DNA of 64,000 nucleotides from Escherichia coli (GTDB lineage Bacteria; Pseudomonadota; Gammaproteobacteria; Enterobacterales; Enterobacteriaceae): NCBI RefSeq assembly GCF_041886205.1, contig NZ_CP169029.1; one strand, 5' to 3'. Shown piece by piece: positions 36,272 to 47,878 of this stretch (position 1 is its first letter; each line of letters starts with the position of its first letter). The notes under the pieces were generated by a model. It saw only the letters and a program-made list of their open reading frames with translations, ran no database searches and was not told where the DNA came from. The position numbers and the translations under genes were made by a program.

Positions 36272-36601
36272 ATGTCAAAACCCCGATGGACCATTGAACA
36301 GAAAAGGCAGCACGTTGCTGCCTGGCGCGCCAGTGGTCTTACACGCCAGCAATACTGTGAACTCAACGATATTCCCTTCACATCACTTCGCGAATGGCCG
36401 CAGGATGTCGCAAAAGCTGAACGCCGGGCAAATGAACCGACCGTTCTTCCCGTTCATATTGCGCCACCACTGCATGCTGATGTACCACAGCCCGTCACGG
36501 ATGAGCCAGTCACGCTCTTCCTTCCCGGTGGAGTACGGATGTGCTGTCAGCCGTCACAACTTACCGATGTCTTCAGGGCGCTCAAATATGCTCAGTCCTG
36601 A
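36272..36601 (+). CDS. IS66-family TnpA-like
   Basis: 109 aa MSKPRWTIEQKRQHVAAWRASGLTRQQYCELNDIPFTSLREW. Confidence 0.55.
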   Translation: MSKPRWTIEQKRQHVAAWRASGLTRQQYCELNDIPFTSLREWPQDVAKAERRANEPTVLPVHIAPPLHADVPQPVTDEPVTLFLPGGVRMCCQPSQLTDVFRALKYAQS

Positions 36602-36980
36602 TAATGTCTTCATCGCGATTAAACCTGTTGACATGCGCCGGGGCATCGACACACTGACGCAGTATATACAGGATGAACTCCGGTCGACATGGCATGAGGG
36701 AGCCGCCTTCGTCTTTGTTAACAAAGCCCGTTCGCGTATCAAAGTTCTCCGGTGGGATAAACACGGGGTGTGGTTGTGTACCCGCCGTCTGCACAAAGGC
36801 AGCTTCCGCTGGCCACGTGCAAATGACGCTGCCTGGCACCTCACTCCCGACGAGTTTAACTGGCTGATTGCCGGTGTTGACTGGCAGCAGGTTAAGGGAC
36901 ATGACCTGACGAAATGGGTCTGGCAGAATGAACCTGAACTGCGCCCTGAAAACACGCAAAATACACTGCTAACTCAGTGA
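36588..36980 (+). CDS. IS66-family TnpB-like
   Basis: MLSPDNVFIAIKPVDMRRGIDTL... matches the TnpB pattern; overlaps tnpA end. Confidence 0.6.
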   Translation: MLSPDNVFIAIKPVDMRRGIDTLTQYIQDELRSTWHEGAAFVFVNKARSRIKVLRWDKHGVWLCTRRLHKGSFRWPRANDAAWHLTPDEFNWLIAGVDWQQVKGHDLTKWVWQNEPELRPENTQNTLLTQ

Positions 36981-37022
36981 AAAATAATGAATATCCGTAT
37001 CTGAAGTGGTATACTCCCCTGT

Positions 37023-38054
37023 ATGGATATCTCCGCTCTCAACACCACGAATGACATCGAAAAACTGCGTGCTATGGCACTTGCCATGGTACAAAAAGTC
37101 ATGTCGGAGAATGCCGAAAAAGAGCGGGAATTACTGGAGAAAAGCCGGCGCATCCAGCTTCTGGAAGAAATGCTGAAACTGGTTCGTCAACAGCGCTTCG
37201 GTAAAAAATGTGAAACGCTGGCTGGTATGCAACGCTCCCTGTTCGAAGAGGATGTTGATGCCGATATCGCCGCGCTTACCGCACATCTGGATAAACTGCT
37301 CCCGCAATCCCCTGAAGAAGACGAAAAAGCGCCCCGTTCACGCCCGATACGCAAACCCTTACCGGTTCATCTTCCTCGGGTGGAAAAAATTATCCAGCCG
37401 GACACTGACCATTGCCCCGAATGTGACGAGCCGCTGCACTATATCCGTGATGCGGTGAGTGAAAAGCTGGAGTATATTCCCGCTCACTTCGTGGTGAACC
37501 GTTATATCCGTCCGCAATACAGTTGTCCCTGTTGCCAGAAGGTGTTCAGCGGTGAAATGCCGGCACATATCCTCCCGAAAAGTGCCGTTGAGCCATCAGT
37601 CATCGCACAGGTGATCATCAATAAATACGGTGACCACCTGCCTCTGTATCGCCAGCAACAGGTCTTTGCCCGTTCAGATGTCGGGCTGCCCGTCAGTTCG
37701 ATGGCTGCCATGGTTGGCGCGGCGGGAAGGGCATTACACAAAGCCATTGTCTATGCGCTGTCTCATCGCGTGGAACTAAGCCGCTTCCTGGAAGATGGTG
37801 CGGTGCCGCTGGATAATAATGTGTGTGAACGGGCCATCAAAAACGTGGTCCTGGGCAGAAAATCGTGGCTGTTCGCCGGTTCGCAGATGGCAGGAGAACG
37901 CGCCGCGCAAATAATGAGCTTGCTGGAAACCGCGAAACGCAACGGTCTGGAGCCGCATGCCTGGCTGACAGACGTCCTGATGCGTCTGCCGGAGTGGCCG
38001 GAGGAGCGACTGGCAGAGTTGCTGCCTCTTGAGGGATTTACCTTCTCCGGGTGA
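37023..38054 (+). pseudogene. IS66-family transposase with internal deletion of the catalytic core
   Basis: 343 aa retains leucine zipper, zinc finger CPECDEP and YRQQQVF, then jumps to the C-terminal ...DNNVCERAIKNVVLGRKSWLFAGS. Confidence 0.6.
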
Positions 38055-38416
38055 GTGATACCTGCCGTCAGGTGTTCGTGCACCGGGCCATAACCTGCCG
38101 TCGGGAGTTAAACGCCTGACGACAGGAAATCAGCAAGGCCAGCAACCACACGGGCTGACAGCGAATCAGAACCTGAATCAGCCCGGAGTCATTCCAAGGG
38201 CAGTACTTCATCACCTGCCACCAATACCCGGGTCAGTACTTCGCGACCTGACGCGATCACCTAACTCAGTACTTCAGAGCCAGCCTCCGGTACCTGCCCG
38301 GCGATCGCCCCTGTACAACAAAATAAATCATCGTCAGACGGCGATCATTCGTATGCTTCACCGATGGACGCCCGAAAAAGCGTCAATATGGGTTCGCCGG
38401 AACGATACACTGAAGC

Positions 38417-38701
38417 TTACATTTCAGGTAAAGCAGAAATATATTTCCTGAAATACATATCTCTCCATAAAGTAAGAACACTCATAATTCCAAGTTTATT
38501 GTAAAGTTTCTTCTTCTGACAGGAGAGCGTCTTCAGACTACGGTTTCGATAACGAGCTATCTCCGATAATGATTTCCCTGTCAACAACTGACATAAAAGT
38601 AATAATTCCATTTCAGTCAAGCTCCAGGGTATATTAATGCAGACTGTTTGTTTATATTCCTGAATGTATATGGACACACATCTTGTCTTACTGTATACCA
38701 T
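38417..38701 (-). CDS. Small LuxR/GerE-type HTH protein (94 aa)
   Basis: LTEMELLLLCQLLTGKSLSEIARYRNRSLKTLSCQKKKLYNKLGI fits the GerE HTH consensus. Confidence 0.4.
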   Translation of the reverse strand: MVYSKTRCVSIYIQEYKQTVCINIPWSLTEMELLLLCQLLTGKSLSEIARYRNRSLKTLSCQKKKLYNKLGIMSVLTLWRDMYFRKYISALPEM

Positions 38702-39095
38702 TCAGCGCTCCTGAAAATCAGCATATTGTAAAAAGGGAATTTTTAAATTTCCAACAACAAATATCACCACAGATTATAACAGAAATATATTTAACATATA
38801 TGGCATTACTACATGGCATTGCTACAACTGATTATCAGTACATCTTTGCTAAAACCATTTAACTCCGTTAAAACCTGACAAGTTCAGCATGACTGAAAAA
38901 CTTTATCAAAGCCAGGAAATCATAACATACAGTAGTGGTGAAATAGTCAATAGTACAGTCTGTTTCACTATTATAAGGACCTCTGTCTGTATTCATTAAA
39001 ATATTTCCGACTGACATACCTGCAGAAAATAACTGCAGCAACAGTTGCTGCCACACTGGCATTTACATTATTCCACATAAACAATGCGATTATTT

Positions 39096-39125
39096 GCGTA
39101 TTCCGCTCTATTCGATCACAGATTG
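39096..39125. repeat. 30-bp direct repeat, copy 2
   Basis: gcgtattccgctctattcgatcacagattg; one mismatch to the copy at 29337. Confidence 0.5.
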
Positions 39126-39306
39126 ATCCAAATCATGATCAATTCGAATGCCAAACCGTGATCTATTCAGATGCCATTTTGCAATTATTTATCTCCTGTA
39201 TAGTATTCCCACGCTGACAATGCATTTTCACATCTTTTTAACCACATAAATATTATGTCCTCCAGAGGTAATTTCAGTGACGGTAATATAGCAACGCCAG
39301 TAATAA

Positions 39307-40686
39307 CTATCCTTTTTTATATTCATTTATAATCTGATAGCGATTAATCAACTGATTCAGCACCATTTCTGTCTGTTTCTGCTGCTGTTCTCTGTCATTT
39401 TGCTGCAGGGCTTCACCATAACGACGTAACTGCTCTTCTGCCGGTATGTGCCGGTTAAAAGCCTGCATGATGCCAAACACCTCCGTTTTCAGTTCACTGA
39501 CCGTCATGTATTTTCCCCGCTGTTCATCCAGCCGGTTCAGGCGCTCAGCCAGTTGCTGTAAACGAGCCATGCCTTCACTCCAGCCCGTCATCGCCTCTTC
39601 CGGGAGCGCACGCCCCCTTACGCTCTTCTGCCAGTTATCCTCCATTTCCTGAACACGGGGGTTATCGGGGAAAAACCCCCTCACCTGCTGCAGCAGTTGT
39701 GCACTGCGTTGCAGGTTGTATGCCGGCGGTAATTCTGTCAGTCGCGTTATCTGCTGACCGGAAAGTGTTATCCACTCCGGTGCATGATTTAACAATAAGG
39801 GTGTTCTGCTGAGCTGTGCCAGATGGTCTGCTGAAAGCACATCCGGTGGCGGTGTCAGCAGCCCCCTGAGTTGCTGCTCTGCCGGTGATGGCTGTGTCAG
39901 AGACTGCCAGCCCATGACTACACTGACAACCAGCAGGGCAGCGCAGGCACCAGCCACAAACGGTTTCAGAAACGCGGGCGAAGATTTTTGAAAGGAGGGG
40001 GTGGTCTCTGCTTTTGTTTCAGAAACAACATGCACCAGACGGGAGTGCGGCAGGGTCTGATATTCCTGTACGTGCGGAGCATCAGAGCAGAGAGCCTGAG
40101 CCGGAAGCGTTACCGGGGATACCTCTTCACCCTGTAACGGCTGGTTCTCCAGACGGGTGATATATCCCTTCACCATGGCTTCCGGCAAAGTCACCTGGCT
40201 GCTCTGTTTAAGTCCGTGCCGCGCCAGCGTGTCACCCAGCATCTTCAGGTATGTCTCTGTCTGATACAGTAACGGCAGACTGTCACGACTGTCCGGCGGC
40301 ATTGTCCGGAGCGTTTTCTGCAGGCGACTGACCAGACCGGTGATGATTTCCAGTCTGGCATGGGGATTCAGGGGCCACATCACTGACCAGTGATGCCGGG
40401 TCAGCGCCACAATCAGGGCCAGCCCCTCATTCAGGCCACTTAACCCTGTTGTATGCATCCGGGCAACGGTGTACCAGGATGCCGTCTGTAATTCCACACC
40501 GTTATGCTCATACAGCCGCAGGCAGAGCCTCTCCACATAACACCAGTCCACATCCGGGCGTGCCGGGTGGGTCAGTTTGCTGATTTCATCGCGCAGGGCG
40601 GCATAATCAGGCACTGACCGGGGGTCACCACCTGTTTTCAGTTTCACGTCAGAAGTCATCGGCAGTTTCTGTGCTCCCGTATTCAC
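39307..40686 (-). CDS. ImpA_N-domain protein, type VI secretion associated (VasL/TssA-like)
   Basis: N-terminal region ...DPRSVPDYAALRDEISKLTHPARPDVDWCYVERLCLRLYEHNGVELQTASWY... typical of ImpA_N; central TM segment FLKPFVAGACAALLVVSVVMGW. Confidence 0.6.
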   Translation of the reverse strand: MNTGAQKLPMTSDVKLKTGGDPRSVPDYAALRDEISKLTHPARPDVDWCYVERLCLRLYEHNGVELQTASWYTVARMHTTGLSGLNEGLALIVALTRHHWSVMWPLNPHARLEIITGLVSRLQKTLRTMPPDSRDSLPLLYQTETYLKMLGDTLARHGLKQSSQVTLPEAMVKGYITRLENQPLQGEEVSPVTLPAQALCSDAPHVQEYQTLPHSRLVHVVSETKAETTPSFQKSSPAFLKPFVAGACAALLVVSVVMGWQSLTQPSPAEQQLRGLLTPPPDVLSADHLAQLSRTPLLLNHAPEWITLSGQQITRLTELPPAYNLQRSAQLLQQVRGFFPDNPRVQEMEDNWQKSVRGRALPEEAMTGWSEGMARLQQLAERLNRLDEQRGKYMTVSELKTEVFGIMQAFNRHIPAEEQLRRYGEALQQNDREQQQKQTEMVLNQLINRYQIINEYKKG

Positions 40687-40727
40687 CGTTATTATTCCTG
40701 TGAGAAGCCGGAACAGACCATCCGGTG

Positions 40728-42515
<1,788 letters not shown>

Positions 42516-42802
42516 AACACTCTCCTGCCACCCGATAAAAATATAACTGCCGGTATATTCCGTGCAGACAAAATATGTCGGATACTTTTTTTAAAACAGA
42601 CATAAATCCGGTTTCACAACAGGTGAAATCATCCGGACCAGCCCCCCTGGCCGGAAATTCACTGACTGAACGCGCCATAAATATCCGTGGCTTACACAGT
42701 AAAGCCACACCTGAATATTGTTAAATAACAGGCTCATAATCAAAATCACAAAAATATCTTTTCCATCCTGACTACCCTCACCAGGGCAGCCAGGATAAAA
42801 AA

Positions 42803-43078
42803 TCAGACATGATAATAAGATGAATTGTCCACAAACTGCTGTTGCTTCAGATGGCGCAGCAACACCCTGCCCTCCGGCATAAATGTTGTTCCGTAACGAA
42901 CCAGTCCTGCGTCTTTAAGTTCTGCATCAATGACATAATGCAACTCACCTGGCTGAGTCTGTTCCGGCATCGTCACGTCGACGCGCTTAATACGTGGCTC
43001 ATACTTCAGCAGAACATCTGAAAGCACGCGCATCAGTTGATGCACCGTCCCCGGCATGCCCTGCAAAATGGTTGTCAT
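42803..43078 (-). pseudogene. TssE (gp25-like T6SS baseplate) C-terminal fragment
   Basis: ...LLKYEPRIKRVDVTMPEQTQPGELHYVIDAELKDAGLVRYGTTFMPEGRVL matches the GPW/gp25 C-terminal region; N-terminus absent. Confidence 0.5.
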
Positions 43079-43113
43079 ATCCGGCAGCCCATAATCCGTT
43101 GTATCTGCTGAAC

Positions 43114-43356
43114 ATGACCGTAATTATTCCTGGTGTGGTGCCGCACTTCTTCGTAGGTGCAGCTGCAGGGGTATTCGGTAATGCAACGGGTGGACGTCGT
43201 GGTGCGATTTTGGGTGCCTTCGCTCAGGGCTTGCTTATTACCTTCCTGCCAGTATTCTTATTGCCGGTGCTGGGTGATATTGGTTTTGCTAACACCACCT
43301 TCAGTGATGCTGACTTTGGCGCACTGGGTATTTTGTTAGGGATTATCGTTCGCTAA
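43114..43356 (+). pseudogene. Possible C-terminal fragment of a PTS EIIC-type permease (SgaT/UlaA-like)
   Basis: Hydrophobic ...IIPGVVPHFFVGAAAGVFGNATGGRRGAILGAFAQGLLITFLPVFLLPVLG...; short and isolated. Confidence 0.3.
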
Positions 43357-43555
43357 TACTTTGATGACATTAATATCCTCCAGGATTTCAGGAACGTGGA
43401 GGATATTAATTCCTCTTATTTTTTTCATTTTTCTTTCTTCCAGTCAGGACTGCATTTGATCAATCGCAAGCGCCCCGAGAAGTACGTAGCGTAAGGATTA
43501 TTTTACAGCTGAGAAGTTCCAGGGCAGCAGTTCATGCACACGGTTCGACGGCCAG

Positions 43556-43855
43556 TCATTGATCTTCACAATCACCTCGCGTAAAAAGCGGGGTAAGACT
43601 GCTCATCCAGCTCATCTCCACAGGTAATAATTCAACGCCAATGGCAGAAGAGGTCGTTACCGGAAGACGCCGCGAAACACGCCCTTCGTTCTGCCAGAGC
43701 CTGAGCCATTTGAAAATAACATTATCATTGACGCCATTTTCACGTGCAATCTGTGCAACACAAGCTCCAGGTTGTGATGCCAGTTCCACCATACGAAGTT
43801 TGAATTCATTCGAATAGTTTTTACGAGGTTCTTTTCGCCAGTCCTGTAATTCCAT
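43556..43855 (-). pseudogene. Transposase OrfA-like HTH fragment (HTH_Tnp_1)
   Basis: SNEFKLRMVELASQPGACVAQIARENGVNDNVIFKWLRLWQNEG. Confidence 0.45.
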
Positions 43856-43908
43856 ACTTAGATGTCCGTCTATATCAGATGGGCGTCTAAGTTACCAATT
43901 CTCGTCTG

Positions 43909-44148
43909 ATGGCTACATACGGCGGTCAGTTTACGCTTACGGGTTATCTGTCTGGAGATTCAACTCTGTTTCCTCACAGGAGCTCTGTCATGGCTGATAA
44001 ATATACCGAAGCCGCTGTTGTGGGTGGCGTGGATACACATAAAGATCTGCACGTTGCTGCTGTCGTAGATGAGAACAATAAAGTCCTTGGGACCCGGTAT
44101 TTCTCCACAACACGACAAGGTTACCGGCAGATGCTGGCCTGGATGTAA
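43909..44148 (+). pseudogene. IS110-family transposase N-terminal fragment, interrupted by the ISEc8 partial copy
   Basis: VVGGVDTHKDLHVAAVVDENNKVLGTRYFSTTRQGYRQMLAWM fits the IS110 N-terminal pattern; ORF ends at the ISEc8 terminal repeat. Confidence 0.45.
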
Positions 44149-44500
44149 GCGTACAGCGAGGGCCGTATTGACGGGGATGTGTTATTCAGCTGGCAGTGCT
44201 ATGCGCCACGGAAGCAGTTCGCTGACCCGGTTGACCGGCCAGTCTGCTATGATGCCAAACACATGGCGAAGGTAGCTTTCTGGATCCACGTCATTCAGTT
44301 TGCACGTCCCGATCAGGCTGTACAGTAGCGCTCCCCGCTCACCACCATGGTCAGAGCCGAAGAACAGGAAGTTTTTACGACCCAGACTGACCGCCCGCAG
44401 GGCATTTTCAGCGATGTTGTTGTCGATTTCCACCCAGCCATCGTTCGCATAGTACGTCAGTGCCGGCCACTGGTTAAGTGCGTACGCGAACGCCTTCGCC
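44145..44500 (-). repeat. Partial copy of ISEc8 (terminal ~356 bp with 3' end of tnpC), direct repeat of 17090..17445
   Basis: Identical to the complete copy from terminal repeat gtaagcgtacagcgagggccg inward, then diverges after ...gccttcgcca; encodes the last ~115 aa of TnpC (44182..44559). Confidence 0.8.
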
Positions 44501-44589
44501 ACCATCAGGCTGGACAGGGGACTTTCACCCCCGAGCTGCTGAACATGCCCGGCACACAAAGAAGATCTCGGCTCAGTGGCCGGGATTAG

Positions 44590-44976
44590 TTATACAATTA
44601 TCTGATTGATTTTTAATATATCTTTTCTTAAATCATCGTTAATATCTGACGGTTCTAGCTGGTTTATAAGTTGCCTTATTTGGGTAAAGGTACTTTTCTG
44701 ATCTTTTAGATCTTCTCCTTTTATCGTTGATAAAGCTGCAATTAGTTCACCATCGTAATATTCACCCGCTAACGGCTCTTTAGTTAGAACTTCCAACACT
44801 CTTGGCATCAACTGATCAATACATAAATTTTGTCGGATAGCGCGGCAAAGATCTTCCACTGTTAACTTTTCAAGAGGCACATCTATGATACGTTCGAACC
44901 AGAGTTCAAGCGGTGATTGTTGCTCAGGCTCTTTTGTCATATTGATGTTTCCAATCAATTTACGTAAGGTAATCAT
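44590..44976 (-). CDS. cdiI: Orphan CdiI immunity protein, cognate to the GYGI-tailed orphan toxin
   Basis: 128-aa ORF whose ATG overlaps the toxin stop (ATGA) at 44973..44976. Confidence 0.6.
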
Positions 44977-45908
44977 ATTCCATATCCTTTCAAGGCTGAT
45001 TCTATTTTATTAATAGCATCTGTTGCTCTGCCATACGCAGCCTGAGCTTCAGGATTGTTGACGTTTTTCAACGTATCCGCATGATTTCTTAATCCTCTGA
45101 GCGTATTTTGCATTTCCTGCATATGATCCCAATATCCTCCATTCTCTTTAGGAACTGGCTTACCATCCATATCCTTGAGAGTTCCAATAATATCATGATC
45201 TTTCAGAGCATTTTTTATAGTGTTATCGATCTTCTTAATCGCACTTTCTTGCTTCTGATTAAGCTTATCTACAGGTTTTTCATTTTGCTGCTTAGGATCA
45301 TTTTCCGATGGTGGTGGTGTACCGGTTCCTGAGCCGGAACCGCCCAGTTCTACTTTTTCCGCATCGGTCAGATCTTTACCGATATTCGGATTCGAGGCAG
45401 CCCCGGAACCGTACTTATCATGCAACGAACTGAGATACTTAGTAGTGATCTCATCATTACCCATCATTTGCAGGGTAATCAGATGCTCCAGTTCATCGGA
45501 GGTCATCCTGTCGGCCATATCCTTGACTGCCGCCCCGGCAAGCCCGGCCATGCCCGCTTTCGCCCCGATTTCTAGCAACTGCTCTGCAACTTTAGTCCTG
45601 CAAGGTGCTGCGACCGCACAGCCTCTGGCAACCAGACTCAGCGCATTATTCTCAACAACGTTCTTCCCGGCACCAGCTCCAGCAGCCGCGCCAGCCACAT
45701 CGCCACTGGCAATGCCGCCGGCCATACCCGCTGACAGCGTTGCCAGCGTGCTTACAGTTTGCTTCTGATCTTCACTGAGGTCTGACTGCTTCACGCCCGG
45801 ATACAGCATTCCGATCGCTCTGGCTGCCAGTTCTCCTGTTGCTGAGCCGACAAAGGCGCTATTTTTCTGTACCACCGACAGCGTGGCATTCACCACTGCA
45901 TGAGTTCA
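44973..45908 (-). CDS. Orphan cdiA-CT module: pretoxin/VENN region plus C-terminal toxin ending in GYGI (UPEC536-type, CysK-dependent tRNase class)
   Basis: Frame opens directly after a stop with no ATG; ...[14 protein letters not shown]... VENN motif; pre-VENN homology to the full cdiA; C-terminal ...ALKGYGI. Confidence 0.7.
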
Positions 45909-45930
45909 TGTGGGACATCTGACGGACAAA

Positions 45931-46452
45931 TTATTTCACAAATGTCCGCTTAACGCGCTCAGATACAATGAAATAGGGGATCCAAATACAGGCACTAAAC
46001 ACGTTACGTACCAATGGTTTTACCGTATCAAAAACATAAGGCACGTCTAAATAGATGTGGCCCAGCAGTAAATCGACAGCAACAAATATCGTTCCTATCC
46101 CAATAAGTGCAATATAGTGATGCGGCAATTGACGCTTTTTACGAAAAAACAAGCTACTAACGAAAATTCCATAAGAAAACATACCAATGAAAGCAAAGAG
46201 TTCAAAAAAGAGGATCCCTTTTTGTGCGTGACCGATCTGCGCAATATTTTCCATTAAGAATCGTATAGTGAAATTAATAGAGATCATATTGGCGAGAATT
46301 GTTAAAACCAGTCCTATTGCTGGCAAGTATAGCCAACCACGAATTTTTTTAAATTCGCGTTCTTCACAAACAGCGCAAAAGTCACTGTCCTTCAGTGCTT
46401 CATTCTCACATTGAATACAAAGTCTTATTTTCTTCTCTGCATCATGGCTCAT
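45931..46452 (-). CDS. Membrane protein with N-terminal Cys4 zinc-ribbon and 4 predicted TM helices (immunity-like?)
   Basis: CIQCENE...CAVCEE motif followed by four hydrophobic helices; ATG with SD AGGTGA. Confidence 0.5.
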   Translation of the reverse strand: MSHDAEKKIRLCIQCENEALKDSDFCAVCEEREFKKIRGWLYLPAIGLVLTILANMISINFTIRFLMENIAQIGHAQKGILFFELFAFIGMFSYGIFVSSLFFRKKRQLPHHYIALIGIGTIFVAVDLLLGHIYLDVPYVFDTVKPLVRNVFSACIWIPYFIVSERVKRTFVK

Positions 46453-46466
46453 CTGATAATCACCTA

Positions 46467-46718
46467 TTATTTATACGGGAAAAGTTGAAGATCATGCTGT
46501 TTATTTTCGTCTGTATTGTCACCATTCAGCATATGACCCGGTCCCCGGGTACCATCGCGACTCGGATCACGTACAGCACACTGTTCCCGTGAACCTTCAC
46601 AACCACCACCGGTATCCAAGCTATTATCATTCCCGGTATCCTTACTGGCATTACCTGTAGCACCGGCTATTGCTGCTGCCGTATTAGCTGCTGTTTCAGT
46701 GGCTATCATATTCAGCAT
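46467..46718 (-). CDS. Small Gly/Ala-rich protein (83 aa), possible toxin remnant or peptide toxin
   Basis: MLNMIATETAANTAAAIAGATGNASKDTGNDNSLDTGGGCEG...; frame opens right after the upstream immunity gene stop. Confidence 0.3.
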   Translation of the reverse strand: MLNMIATETAANTAAAIAGATGNASKDTGNDNSLDTGGGCEGSREQCAVRDPSRDGTRGPGHMLNGDNTDENKQHDLQLFPYK

Positions 46719-46752
46719 ATTGTTTCCAGCAACTATCTTAAGTTCCAATTAA

Positions 46753-46995
46753 TCATTTCTTTAGCAAGTTGGCAATCCATAACATTAAACCTGTAAAGCT
46801 ACCAATGTATATACCTATCTTACCTAAAAATAAAATAATGTTCGATGAAAAAGACACTGGTATTCCTTTATAAAAAAAGAAAAAAAATTCCCCGCATACA
46901 TATAAAATCGCCCCTGTTAGAAAAATTGAAACCATGCTGAATACAATAAAAAAAACAGAGGAAGAATGAATTTTAGAGCTTTCATTTGCCACCAC
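46753..46995 (-). CDS. cdiI: Orphan CdiI, small two-TM inner-membrane immunity protein (EC93-like size and topology)
   Basis: 80 aa with two hydrophobic helices; GTG start overlapping the 3' end of the upstream toxin ORF. Confidence 0.55.
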   Translation of the reverse strand: MVANESSKIHSSSVFFIVFSMVSIFLTGAILYVCGEFFFFFYKGIPVSFSSNIILFLGKIGIYIGSFTGLMLWIANLLKK

Positions 46996-47710
46996 CTTCC
47001 TGCTTCATTTTGTACTCTGTATACTTACCTCCGGCTTCTGAAGTGATACTACCACCAATGTCACCAATTGAGCTGGGGACATTGCTTGGTTTCATTTCTT
47101 TTGAGATTCCCAAATCTCCTTGGACTTCAGTAACACTTCTCAACTCAGAATTAAACTTCGGATCCCAACCACCTTTCCACCAGTTTGCCCCTGCATTAAC
47201 ACCCCATGAAAGTCCTTTACCAAGGCCATAGCCAATACCCGAACCGGTACCATTGATAAGTGCACCTGACAATGGATCTTTGTCGTCAATCCAGTTACCC
47301 AGTGCCCCTCCGGCAGCATTCCATCCAACGGTTCCTTTCCAGCCCTGCCCCATGGTGATTACATTGACCCATCCTGCAATGATTGCATTTTCAGGATCAA
47401 CTGAACTATCTACCATGTAACCAATTCCTGCATTTGCACCTGTGCCAAGAACCCACATGGCCTGAGCACCGCCAGGTAAGAAAGCTACACTACCAGTGGC
47501 CAACGCTCCGGCATACGCTTTATTGACTGCTTCTCCTCGCTTACAGGCTTCACCGGAAGGATTATCACTACAGGAGAGAACATCAGCGCCATGCTCTCTG
47601 GCTTTTTCCGTCTGGAGCCATTCACTGCCACCCAGCAGGTTATTCTCAACAACAACTCTTTCCGCCGCAGGTTGCTGTGATAAAAAAGTTTTCCCTGTGC
47701 TTTCAGCGCG
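46982..47710 (-). CDS. Orphan cdiA-CT module: VENN plus glycine-rich, probably membrane-acting toxin
   Basis: Frame opens after a stop at 47711..47713 with no ATG; ...AAERVVVENNLLGGSEW...; toxin rich in Gly, Trp and hydrophobic stretches. Confidence 0.7.
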   Translation of the reverse strand, partial: RAESTGKTFLSQQPAAERVVVENNLLGGSEWLQTEKAREHGADVLSCSDNPSGEACKRGEAVNKAYAGALATGSVAFLPGGAQAMWVLGTGANAGIGYMVDSSVDPENAIIAGWVNVITMGQGWKGTVGWNAAGGALGNWIDDKDPLSGALINGTGSGIGYGLGKGLSWGVNAGANWWKGGWDPKFNSELRSVTEVQGDLGISKEMKPSNVPSSIGDIGGSITSEAGGKYTEYKMKQEGGGK

Positions 47711-47878
47711 TTAAAACCGCTTTGTCCTGCTATAATTCCGGCGCAACAACTTTTTGCCCTGACGCGCCCTTTCAGCCAGTTACACCATTTCCCCCAAATC
47801 TGTTAAAGAATAGCTCCCAACACACTATGACCATCATCCTTCCATGCAGTCATAGACAATATTCCATGGCGATAGCTT

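Larger units (their letters stand above)
36272..38054 (+). mobile_element. Decayed IS66-family element (third type)
   Basis: tnpA-like 36272..36601, tnpB-like 36588..36980, and tnpC with internal deletion 37023..38054. Confidence 0.6.

Noticed and set aside
36294-36980. 228-aa ORF spanning the tnpA/tnpB region of the IS66 remnant
   Set aside because: Artefact of an alternative start; the TnpB-like protein begins at the ATG at 36588, which overlaps the tnpA end as in other IS66 elements.
29337-39125. CRISPR array
   Set aside because: Only two copies of the 30-bp repeat, 9.8 kb apart, with no regular spacer structure; no other short regularly spaced repeats seen in the window.
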